Positions 51,796-63,875 of a stretch of 64,000 bases of DNA are shown here, piece by piece; the stretch's first letter is position 1; each line of letters begins with the position of its first letter. The notes beneath the pieces were generated by a model that was not told the origin of the DNA, made no database searches, and worked only from the letters and a program-made list of their open reading frames with translations. This stretch comes from Hypanus sabinus (lineage: Eukaryota). A program made the translations under genes and the position numbers. The stretch spans positions 62,062,001-62,126,000 of the forward strand of contig NC_082721.1 in the NCBI RefSeq assembly GCF_030144855.1. Direction: 5' to 3'.

Positions 51796-53548
51796 CAAAC
51801 CCCATTTCCAGAAAAGTTGGGATATTTTCCAAAATGCAATAAAAACAAAAATCTGTGATATGTTAATTCACGTGAATCTTTATTTAACTGACAAAAGTAC
51901 AAAGAAAAGATTTTCAATAGTTTTACTGACCAACTTAATAGTATTTTGTAAATATCCACAAATTTAGAATTTGATGGCTGCAACACACTCAACAAAAGTT
52001 GGGACAGAGGCATTGTGTTACATCACCTTTCCTTTTAATAACACTTTTTAATCGTTTTGGAACTGAGAATACTAATTGTAGTAGATTTGCAATCGGAAAT
52101 TTTGTCCATTCTTGCTTGATATAAGACTTCAGCTGCTCAACAGTCCGTGGTCTCAGTTGTCTGATTCTTCTCTTCATGATAGATCCAAGATGGCGGCGCG
52201 ACACAGCTTGCAGCGGCCACTCTGGAACTGATTATCTGTTATTTGTGAAGTGGGGTGCCATGTGCAATCATAATCAATTTAAAACAGATGTGGGAGCACG
52301 GAGGAACATCTCCAGGAAGACCTTCTTTGTTGCTGCTGCTGCTGCTGTGAGGTCCGGGACTCTGCTGGGAAGAACAGGCCCCTAGTCCTCGGAGTTATGT
52401 TGCCGATGGCCATTGGCAGGGCCGTCTTAATGCACTCGGCAGAGGATGGTTGTGCCGGAGGGGATGGTCGTCGAATCGGAGGTTCGACAGACTCGGAGTC
52501 CGCTGCGGTCAGGTCGCTTTCGGTGTGTGCTGCGTCTGCGAGGCTGGTTTCAACACAGCTTTTGTTGTGCGCTGCATCTGCGAGGCTGAGTCGGGCAGCG
52601 ACGTGGAAGTCCATAGCAGGGGTATTCCCTTCTGCTGCCGGCGTGGGATGGCAAGTCTGTCGAGACCCTGGGGACCTGTGGAAACTGCGTGGTAGCAGGT
52701 GAGGTATCATGACTGGGTGTAAAAGTAGCATCCATCAAAGGCTCAGTCTTTGCAAGCAAGGATGGGTCGCGGCTCACCCCTTTGTGCCAAAATTTGTGAA
52801 AGAATTGTTAGTCAGTTCAAAAGGAACATTTCCCAATGCAAGATTGCAGAGAATTTAGGTCTTTCAACATCTACAGTACATAATATTGTGAAAAGATTCA
52901 GAGAATTCAGAGACATCTCAGTGCATAAAGGGCATGGTCGGAACCAATGTTGAATGTGCGTGATCTTTGAGCCCTCAGATGGCTGCCTAAGAAACCATCA
53001 TGCTACTGTGACAATTATCTCCACCTGGGCTCGGGAGCACTTTGGAAAACCATTGTCACTTAACACAGTCCGTCGCTGCATCCAGAAATGCAACTTGAAA
53101 CTGTATTACGCAAGGAGGAAGCCATACATCAACTCGACGCCCGTTTTTTCAGAAAAATAGCTGAAATGTGGACTTATCTGACCACAGCACACGGTTCCAC
53201 AGTCTTCCGGTCCATCTGAGTTGAGCTCGGGCCCAGAGAACTCGCCAGCGTTTAAGCCAGTTAGCCTGCTTAATGTGGAGTCTTCCAAACCGGTGTTACT
53301 TGAATATTCTGTGCACTTTTCAATCTTATTTTAACTCTGTCCCAACTTTTGTTGAGTGTGTTGCAGCCATCAAATTCTAAATTTGTGTATATTTACAAAA
53401 TACAATTAAGTTGGTCAGTAAAACTATTGAAAATCTTTTCTTTGTACTTTTGTCAGTTAAATAAAGGTTTACGTGAATTAACATATCACAGATTTTTGTT
53501 TTTATTGCATTTTGGAAAATAACCCAACTTTTCTGGAAATGGGATTTG
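51796..53548 (-). mobile_element. Tc1 IR/DR-type transposon, internally rearranged and non-functional
   Basis: 214-bp TIRs at 51796-52009 and 53335-53548, each with an aaaagttggg direct repeat near both ends; TA TSD at 51794-51795 and 53549-53550; transposase fragments lie on both strands. Confidence 0.95.
52181..52691 (+). mobile_element. CpG-rich captured segment, probably the 5' part of a retroelement
   Basis: Starts tccAAGATGGCGGCg; contains (GCT)n and a duplicated gctgc(g/a)tctgcgaggctg; unrelated to Tc1 sequence. Confidence 0.55.
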
Positions 53549-53989
53549 TATATTCCTGTAAATGCCTGTAAGAAATTAATATCAAGGTAGTATATGCTGA
53601 CATGCAATGTACTTCGATAATAAGTCTATTTTGACTCTGACCCAGATGTTACCACTCATATCCAGTCAGGGAGTTGTGAATTCTATCTACTCTTGAGGGA
53701 AACCCTCTGTGATCCAACTTCACTGTTGGAAACATCAAACTGAAGTTCCATCTTCTCTCTAGGACATGAGGGGGCATAAATGTCTTCAGGCATGATTTGG
53801 AAGAATTGCAAAGAAGTTTACTCCTCAATCACTATTTTTAAGAGAAACTTAGACCACAAGACTTTGGCCCAAATTCTGTTACTTTCAGTCCATCAAGTCT
53901 GCTCTGCCATTCGATCATGGCTATTTTTTTCTCCATCTCACCCTATCCGCCTATCTTCTCCCCATAATCTTTGTCACTCTTACACAAGT

Positions 53990-54500
53990 AGGCTATACAG
54001 CACAGAAACAGGCCCTTAAGCCCAACTACTGCATGCCAAACTCATATTCTGATTAGTCCCACCTACCTGAATTGGGACCATATCCCTCCAAATCCCTCCC
54101 ATCCATGTACGGATTCAAAACTTCTCTCAAGTGTTACAGTTGAACCCACACCCACCACTTCCATGGCAACTCATTCCACACTCGTACCACCCTCTGATTG
54201 CCGTACTTCCTCCTCAGGTTCTCTCTAAATATATAATTTTTCACCCTTAACCCATGACCTCAGGATCCAGTGTCACCCAATTTCAGTGGAAGAAGCCTGC
54301 CTATATCCCTCATAATTTTATCAAATCTTTCCTCATTCTTCTAAGCTTCAGGAAATAAAGTGCTAACCTGCAGGTTGTCCAGGACAAGCCTTGCTGATTT
54401 GATCTGAAGCAAACGACACATTTCACTGTATGTTTCAATATGTGTGTGACAAGTAAAGCCAATTTTTATCTTTAAAACCTATTTAACCTTTCTCTGTAAT
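53990..54500 (-). mobile_element. Degraded CR1 3' fragment with a nested SINE tail
   Basis: cagcacagaaacaggccc...ccatatccctccaaa...cacccttaacccatgacctc, homologous to 36590-37000. Confidence 0.75.
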
Positions 54501-54892
54501 TCCCTATGCAATGAGATAGGTTTGATGCATAAAATAGGTTTAAATATTGCAACATTCACTTTTCATTGGCCACAAAACACTTTAGGATGTCCCAAGTTTA
54601 CTAAAGACACTATAGAAAGGGGAATCTATCTTTCCCTTCACTTTAATCTCTGCTTATTTATTGGAAGTATTTGGGACAGTCCAAGATGACCAACCTTATT
54701 CCTGGTCACCTTTTCACTGGAATAAGTTGAAGTTACATAAGTTACATAACCTTCCCAGTATCAAATTTCCTCACATCTGCCTCAAGCTATCTTGGTCTTT
54801 GAAATCAATTACTAAATAAAAAAACTAATGACCTGTGGCTCTGTAGTAGAAATCTGGCTCTTTTCTCAAGAAGATAAAATCTCAAAGGAGGC

Positions 54893-57800
54893 AGACATGG
54901 TGGCGTAGCTGTTTGTGCATCGCCGCCGATCATTGCTTGGGGTTTCGCTCCCACAACTATCTGTAAGGAGTTTGCACGTCCTCCCTGTGACTGCATGATT
55001 TCCCCCGGGTGATCCGTTTTCTTCCCACATTCCGAAGACGTACAGGTTAGGGTTAGTAAGTTCTTGACATTTGCAGGCTGCCCGGCAAAACCCTTGATTC
55101 GATGGAAATAATGTATTTCACTGTACGCTGTATATGTGACAAATAAAGCTGGTCTTTAACGTCGTTAACCTTTAGATATGCTTGCTTTTGGAAGAATCTG
55201 ATAGGCTAGACATAGAAATCCTTCCACTTGCGGAAAGACCATAATCAAGGCTCATCGGTACAAAAATAGTCACTAACAGATCTGATAAAGGATTGAGGAG
55301 TAACCACTGCTAAAATGAGTAGGCAGATTACAAAAATCACCACAAGATAACATTGAGATTGCCTGGTTTCCTCAAAGGTTACTTTGAGGAAACTAGATAA
55401 CGAAAAGGCGAAAGGAATAGAAGAAAGAACCAATAGGGTTATGTATCGAAGGCTGGATAAAGGCTCATGTGGAATCTGACTACCAGTTATTTATATAGTT
55501 ATTTTGAGATACAGCAAGGTAACAAGCCATTCTGTTCCAACAAACCCATGCCATTCAATTACACCATGTAACCAATTAACCTACTAACCTGTATGTCTTT
55601 CCTTCAAGAGGTCCACAATCTTTTCGTAAGATTTGGAGGTGTGTGAACATCAGTGACCCAGAGAACTATGTTGGCTGGAGTCAGGGCCTTGTGTTTTCAC
55701 TCTTGGTTGGGTCACCCGAGCCCAACAGGTCAAAGGGTAGAAGCCAGACTAAGGGTTGTCCACCTATCCTCCAGGTTCAGGGGTTCAGCTCAGGGCTAAC
55801 AGCCCTGACTGGTCAAAAAAAAATTGTTACGGAAACAGCAATGAAGAATCCTATATTGGGGATCTTCACTGCTGCCCTAAATGCCAGCGGCATAACAGTC
55901 AGAAACTGTGAAAGGGAACTGGAGCACTCTGCGGTCACGGGAAAATTGTACAATCTCCTAACAGGTAGCAGTGGGAATGGAACCCAAGTCACTAACATTG
56001 GGATAATGTAGCATCACATTAACCACTACGCTACCATGCACCACCCCCATTGTGGGTCTTTGAAAACTCACCAGGTTGTTCAGGAAAACTTCCACTGAGA
56101 GCAAATTGGAGCTATTGCAGAAAGTGAATTGAAACTATTCACATTCCGCACACTTGCCACGGTAGCGTAACAGTTAGTGCATCACTCAGTGGTGATTGGT
56201 CATTGCTCAGGGTTCGATACCCACCACTGGCTGGACGTTCTCCCTGTGACTACCCGGGTTTCTTCCAGGTGCTCCAGCCTCATCCCACATTCCAAAGACG
56301 TGCCAGTCAGTAGGTTAATTGAACCCCGATCACTGGCAGTAGAAAGGGTTATATGCCTACTGCTATGCCATCATGCTGCCCTATGTACTTGGGTTGATCA
56401 GGAAGACTGAAGTGATGGTAAATCCATCATCTCCAAGACCCAAGACAGCCTACCGTGAAATGAAAAACATTTCATACAACATCAATGACAAAACTTCCAA
56501 TAAGAACCTCACTGACTGAGAGATGACCTAAAGTTAAATACTGGTGGAACTGAAATGTAGCTTTTTAATATGCTTCGACATAAACAGCTACTCAAAAAAA
56601 ATCAATGCTGCTGTTTAATTTAAGTTGGTCTTGTTCCAGTATTAATTCACATCAGGAAGTCTGCGAACAACTGCTTCCTCCAAAATGCTTGCTGATTATT
56701 GGAGTGCACATATTCAAGACTTTTAACTCTCTACATGTTGATAGTGCTCTCTTAATTACTTGCACAAGGCATGGTAGGTAGCATAGTGATGAGTCAAGTC
56801 ACTTTACCTATTGGAGCTTGAGTCCTGCCTCTGTCTGTAAGGAGTTTATACGTTCTCCCCGTGACCACATCCAAAGGTGTACAGTTTCCATCCACATTCC
56901 AAAGGTGTATGGTTAGGATTAGGGTGTGTTAGATGTGGGCATGCTGTGTTGGTGCCAGATGCTTGGCAATTTTTGTAGGCTGCCCCCAGCACAATCTTTG
57001 CTGATTTTTTCACTGTGTGTTTGAATGTTTCAAGGTTCATGAGACAAATAAAGCTAATCTTTATTCCCTTTAATCTTTAAATACGCTTGCTATTGGAAGA
57101 ATCTGATAGGATAGACATAGAGATGTTCCCATTGTGAAAAGGCCATAATCAAGGCTCTTCGGTACAGAATAATGACCAATAAATCCAACGAAGGATTGAG
57201 GAGTAACCACTGCTAAAATGAGTGGGCAGATGATGAAATTCACCACAAGACACAATTGAGATTGTCTGAGTTCCTTAAAGGTTATTTTGAGGAAGCTAGA
57301 TAACCAAAAGGAATAGAGGAAAGCAGTAACAGGGTTATGTATAGAAGGCTGGATAAAGGCTCGTGTGGACCCTAACTACCATTTACTCATTTAGAGATAC
57401 AGCACAGTAACAGGCCCTTTGGCCCAATGAACCTATCCTGTTCAATTTCAACCATGTAGCCCATTAACTGACTAACCCATATGTTTTGGAATGGGGACGA
57501 AACCAGAGGATCCTGGGGAAATCCATATGGCCATGGGGGAGATTACATTAATTCCTTACAAACAGCAGTGGGTGTTGAACACCAATCACTGGCAGTGTAA
57601 AGCGTTCCTCGAGCTGCTACACTACCCTGATGCCCTATGTAATGTAGTTGATCAGGAAGACTGAAGAAATGGCAAATGCATCATCTCCAAGACCCAAGAG
57701 AGCCTACTGTGAAATTAAAAATGTTTCATACAACATCAATTCCAAAGCTTCACATAAAAACCTCACTGACTGCGATGACCTGAAGTCAAACAGTGGTTCA

Positions 57801-58320
57801 ACAGCAATGCAACTTCAACACAACCAACTAAACAAAGAAAGTTTGCATACCAAAAATATCAATGCTGCTCTTTAATTTAAATTGGCTCAATTTCAATATA
57901 TTTCAACCACAAAGATCACATCAGGAAGCCTTGGAAACGACTGCTTCCTCCAGAATGCTTGTTGATTATTGGAGTGCACATATTGTAGACTTTTAACTCT
58001 CTGCATGTTGATAGTGCCCTCTAAAATACTTGCACACAGCACAGTGGCATAGTGGTTAGAGCAATCACTTCACGGTGCCAGCCATTGTCTGTACATTCTC
58101 CCTGTGATGGTGTGGATTTCCTCCAGGTTTTCTGCTTACCTCCCACATCACAAAGGCGTATGGTTAGGGTTATTAAATTGTGAGCAAGGTGTGTTATCAC
58201 CAGAAGCATGGTGACACTTGCAGGCTGCCCCAGTATAATCCTCCAACTTGACGCAGAACGACGCAGTTCACCGTATGTTTTAATGTTTCAATGCACATGA
58301 CAAATAAAGATAATAAATAA
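54893..58320. repeat. Old tandem segmental duplication (copy A ~54893-56768, copy B ~56769-58040) bounded by three same-orientation V-SINEs
   Basis: Identical 33-mer aaggattgaggagtaaccactgctaaaatgagt at 55288 and 57191; gttgatcaggaagactgaag at 56393 and 57647; the flanks align collinearly. Confidence 0.9.
55600..55897 (+). mobile_element. Bipartite RTE-derived short element inside duplication copy A
   Basis: RTE-like gggttcagctcagggctaacagccctgactggtcaaaaa and 3' end ctgccctaaatgccagcggcataac; absent from copy B. Confidence 0.6.
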
Positions 58321-60371
58321 AACCAATCCGAAGTCTCAATTTCATGAAATGCAAAGCCTTCGCTGAGATTGATCGCAATTACAGAACAACCTCACAGAAA
58401 GGCAACAAAAATCATACTTGTACACAAATGCAACAAAGCACAAAGAAATTAAGGTAGTCAGTGCTCCAAGGCGCATATAAATCAAGAGGGTGTTTTTGAT
58501 CTCTTCAACAGAAGACTAGTAACAAAACAATTTACACAAAGCAATTAAGGGGCTTAAATAAGAGGCAGAAGAGGGTATTTGACCATCAAACAAACAAGTG
58601 TCAGCGTCTGCTGTGGATCATTATTAAGCCAAATCACGCAGTGCTTGAGCCAGATTAAGTCAAGTTCACACACTTGAGCAGAGTCAGCCCTCGCTCTGAA
58701 ATGAAAGCAAGGTCTTTGTGCAGTCCAACTGCCCAGTCTGTGAGAACAATAATCAGGCAAACGGTTAGGTAGATTAATGCAAGGAGACAGGGGATTTTTG
58801 AAACTGCACGGAGACCAGGATCAAACCAAATCTGTTGTTGAAGAGAAACAGTCATTGGTATCATTTTCCGTAAAATGAACAAAGCAGGCACATGATATTA
58901 ACTGCAAGCTCAGCAGAAGTGAGCAGGGCAGAGCATACAGGATGCGATTGCACAGGGCCGCTATGGAAAAGGAATTTCACGAACGATATTTTAATAGTTT
59001 CCCATATTCCCTATACACCAAATTACATGCAACTGCACGGATTTGATATTATTGTCATGTTCTCAGATATCATTAAGAAATCATTGAATTTTTCAAAACT
59101 TGCATGTAACAGTACTGTGGAGACGCAGCTCACTAAACAGGATGCACACACACGGGAGTTTGGTTCCATGACAGTGCCCAGACACACCTTCTTCCTTTTG
59201 GAACATCACAGAGTCATTCACCACAAAAGGAGGCCCATCGGCCCTCTGAGTCCGTGCTGACCATCAAGCACCCATTGACATTAATGCCAACATAATTTTA
59301 TTCTACCACTTTATCTGCACACTTGGGACAATTTACAATGTCCAGTCAACCTCCCAAACTGTATGTCCTTGGAATGGGGGAGGAAGCATGGCACGTGGGA
59401 AAATTTAAAAAAACACACTCCCTGAAGGAATATTCAAACTCCGCATTGAACAGCACTGGAGGTCAGGACTGAACCTGGTTCACTGGAGCAGAGAGGTAGT
59501 GGCTCTACCAGATGTTCCAATACACCGTTTTACATCACCCCAGTCCTTCTCATCTATTCTTCATTCCATCACCTCTCCAGCTGGAGCCAGATGCATATGT
59601 TTGTCCTATTTTCCTCTAAACCTTTGCACTCCATGTACCTGGCAAAGTGCCTTTTAAATGTTTTTAACGTAACGGCCTCAACCATTTCCTCTGACAGCTC
59701 CTTCCATATATTGACCACCATCTGGGCAGTCAGTTGCCTGCCAGCTCCAGTTACATCTCTCTTCTTTCACCTTGAATTTATGCCTTTTAGTTCCAGAGTT
59801 CCCCACTTTGGGACAAAAACTGTGTATGTTACCCACTCCCACCACAATCCGTAAGGAGTTTGTCCATTCTCCCCGTGACCACACAGGTTTCCTTTGGGTC
59901 CTCCAACCTTCTGCCACATTCTAAAGATCTACAGGTAAGTAAGTTAATCGGTCACATGGGTGTAATTGGGCAGCACGGGCTTGTAGGACCAGAAGGGCCT
60001 GTTACAATCATGCATCTCTAAATCTAAAATCTAAACCCACAGCCCCTCATAATTTTAGCACCTCTGTAAGATCACCTCTCATTCTCCGATGCACCAATGA
60101 CTAAAGACCCAACCTGCTCATCCTCAGCCTGAAAAAGGTAATCTATTCCCCTCCGCAGAGGCTGCCTGAACCACTGAGTTTCTCCAGCATTTTGAGTGTG
60201 TCGCACCTCTCTCCATAATTCAGTCCCTCAATCCTGTACAATGGAATGGTGAAACCTTTCTCAATGGAGAGGGTGTGACCCACATTAGACACCTCATACA
60301 AAGGATGAGAAGCATTAGCTGTCGTGGAGCTTGAAGAGTTAGTGTCAAGTTGAGGGGGGTGGGAGGAGGAC

Positions 60372-60582
60372 GGCCAGGCAGTGTAGCCGTTAGCGTTAAC
60401 GCTATGACAGCAGCAGTGACCCGGGTTCAATCTGTCTGTCAGGAATTTGTACGTCCTCCCTGTGGCATGGGGGTTTCCTCCGGGTGCTTCGGTTATATGA
60501 TGTTGCTGTAAATGATGCATTTCACTGTATATTTCAATGTTTCAATGTACATGTGATAAATAAAGCTAATCTTTAAATCTTT
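60372..60582 (+). mobile_element. V-SINE (HE1-like), representative of about 20 copies in the window
   Basis: A-box-like gtgtagccgttagcg, B-box gggttcaatc, V-domain ggaatttgtacgtcctccctgtggcatgggggtttcctccgggtgc. Other copies near 6515, 22790, 31400, 45520, 47495, 50090, 51420, 54893, 56155, 56769, 57390, 58040, 59260, 59845, 61105, 62075 and 63300. Confidence 0.8.
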
Positions 60583-62449
60583 ACAGACAGTGCATTCTAG
60601 TGTGGAACATCCATATCAATGGCCCCGAGTATTATACCTGCACCCTGCCAGACAATCTCGACTGGTGTGCTTTCAGCACCAGGCCTTCTCCAATAACAGG
60701 GATCAGCTGCTCTGGAGCAGCTGCCCTTCCCACTTCCCCGTCACCACTCCCAACATTGCGTTGTGTTCCAGTGCCAGGATTTGTCCAATTTCTAACAGCT
60801 CGGTGGATCCTAGCCGACAGTTCCCCTCTGTGGCCTGGAGGCGGTAAGGGATACAGAACTGTGCGGCGCTCCAATTACTCCTACTGTGACTGATCCGGCT
60901 GCAGCCACAAACCGCCCTGAGGCCTGAGTGATACACAGCTGCTGCCAGGTCCCATCATTTACAGGAAAGCAAGAGCTGAGACACACAGCCCTCCGACCTC
61001 CACATCCCCCTAGTTCCGCCCGAGCCTGCATTTTCCATTTGGATCTTTTGCCATCTATATTCAAAACCAGAAACACTTCCCCAGTTCGCTTCTTCCTAAC
61101 TTAGCAAGAGCATAACGCTTTACAGCACCACTGATCCAGGCTCAATTCCCACTGCTACTTATAAGGACTTTGTACATACTCCTCATGACCACTTCAGGTG
61201 CTCTGGTTTCCTCCAGCATTCTAAACATGCAAGTGAGGATCAGTAATGAGTAGTCTTGCTGTGTTGACACTGGAAGCATGGCAACACTTACCACAACATC
61301 CTTGGACTGTGCTGGTCATTCATTGACAAAAACAAAGCATTTCACTGTATGTTTCCATGTACATGTGTCAGATAAAGCCAAACCCTAATCTAATCTCTCC
61401 AACATACCCCTTTCCCTACTGAGCCACTTAATCGCCCACCGCCTCCTGTCGGACTGATCCTTGCAGCGCGCCATGGATAAGGCAGGTGCTGAAGAAATCC
61501 AAGTGGTTATAATGAGTGCAGGATGAAAGGGCATCTCAAACCACCACCAGTGCTGCTGCCCTTGCGGCTGTAGTGCAGTGTGGAGACTGGAGGCAGGAGA
61601 TTCCATACTTTACATCTGATGCCGGTTATACATCATCCAGAATCTTTCCCCAAATAAAATTCCCAGGAACAGGAAATTCAACACCATAAATCTATCCACA
61701 GCCCAAGCCTCGCTCATCCTACTCACCAGTTTTGGATTTAATCAAAAACTAGCAAAGATGACTGGATTTGTGCCAAACAGAAAATTAAACACAGAATATA
61801 TGTTAACCCTCATCTCTCCCAACACGCTCAAGACAAGGTAGCATCAAGCAGCGCATTCAATCATTGCCAGGCAAACGTGACATACAAAGAACTACGGTAC
61901 AGGAACTGCATCACAGAGCAGGACAGGCCCAGCCCTTCAGCCAACAATGCTAAGCAGAACTAATTAAGCCAATAACATCCAATTCCTTCTGCATGTACAT
62001 GGTCCATATCCCTCCATGTCCATGCACTCTTAAATGCCATGACATAATCTATCAGCCACCCATTCTGAACGGTTACTGACAATGCTAGCGAAGCAGGCTC
62101 ACCTCCCACTGCTGTCTGTAAGTTGTGACCACGTGGGTTTTCTCCCAGCGCTCCAGTTTCCAAAGATGCTATGGTCAGGGTCAGGGAGTTGTGGGCATGC
62201 CACATTGGCACCGGAGGTGGTGACACCTGCGGGCTGCCCCCAGCACATTCTCAGATGCAAATGCCGCTTTTCAAGCGACGTTTTGATGTACTTGACAAAT
62301 AAAGCTAATCTTCAAGACAGCTGGAACCCGACATACACGAACACAATATTCAACTAGAAGTGGATGCTGGAAACAATTCAGGTTGAAGAGAGGAACATGG
62401 GGAACAATAAAAATGGGATTAGTCTACGTGGGTTAGTCCCCATCCATAT

Positions 62450-62800
62450 GACCATAAAACCATATGATATAGGAGTAGAATTGGGCCATTCAGCCCATCG
62501 AGTCTATTCTGCCATTTGATCATGGCTCATTTATATTTCCTCTCAATTCCATTTTCCTGCCTTCTCACCTTTGACACACTTACTAATTACAAACCTATCA
62601 ACCTCTGCTTTAAATACACTCAATGGCATGACAGCCATCTGTGGCAATGAATTCCACAGATTCACCACCATCTCACTATTCCTCCTCATCTCAGCTCTAA
62701 AGGGATGTCCTCCTACTCTAATGCTATATCCTCTAGTTGTTGGTCCCCCCCACTAAATGCCCACATACCCTCTCCACAAACTGGCCTTTCGAAGCCTTTC
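62450..62800 (-). mobile_element. Degraded CR1 3' fragment
   Basis: ccataaaaccatatgatataggagtagaattgggccattcagccc...ggcaatgaattccacagattcaccac. Confidence 0.8.
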
Positions 62801-63442
62801 ATTATACACATGAATATGAGCTGACATCAAAATTGGAAAAATTTGTTTTACTCCCCCCTTTGTTCTGCCCAACACCAACAAAAGCCCATTGCCTCTAAAC
62901 ATCAGCACATTTTCCATTCCACAAGTATGGTCCAACTTGCTGAGTGTCTTTGTTGTTTCGTTTCCCAGTTTATTTTTAATTTGGAGATGCAACACAGTAA
63001 AAGGCCCTTCCAGCCCAAGGAGGCCACACAGCCCAATTACTCCCATGCGACTAGTTGACCTACTAACCCATACATCTCTGGAATGTGTAAAGAACCTCTG
63101 TGATTTCAGTACAAATACAAACCTCAGCATTCTACAAAGCCTGGCATTACTTTCATTCCCCTTCCTGATGGAAAATAATACTATAATCCAATAATTATGC
63201 AATCACGGTGCTGTAAAACACCACACCTATGAGCTTCAGGGTCAAATACCCACACGCAGTGGAGAGAAAATGCAATCCGCTGTAATTTAACAACCAACAC
63301 AGTTTGAGGGTGCACTTCGGGGCATCCCACAAATGCCAGCACCTCTTTGTGCCAACGTAGTATGCCCACAAATCCCTGGTCCGAACCTTTGAAATATAGA
63401 AGGAAACCCACACAACCACAGGGAGAATGTACAAACTCCTTG

Positions 63443-63875
63443 TCAGAATCAGAATCAGGTTTAATATCAAAGCCAAATGTCATGAAATTTGTCGTTTTGT
63501 GGCAACAATACAGTGCAGTGCATAATAAAAAAACTATAAATTACAACTAGAAATATATTTAAAAATTAAATAAGTAGCCCCAAAAAAAGAGAACAAAAAA
63601 TATATTGACGTAGTGTTCACGGGTTCATTGTTCCTTCAGAAATCTAATGGTGGAGGGGAAGAAGCTACCCCTTAAACGTTGAGTGTGTGTCTTCAGGCTC
63701 TTGTACCTCCTCCTTGATGGTAGCAGTGAGAAGAGGGCAATTCCTGGGCCACAGGAATCCTTCATGATGGATGCCACCTTTCTGAGGTGTCACCCTTTGA
63801 AGATGTCCTTGAAGCTGGGAAGGCTAGTGCACAGAAGTAGCAGGCTGAGTTCTCAACTTTGTGCAGCTTTTTCAA
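63443..63875 (-). mobile_element. Rex1/Babar LINE 3' fragment
   Basis: (cagaat)n tail at ~63443; gtcttcaggctcttgtacctcctccttgatggtagcagtgagaagagggc shared with other copies. Confidence 0.82.
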
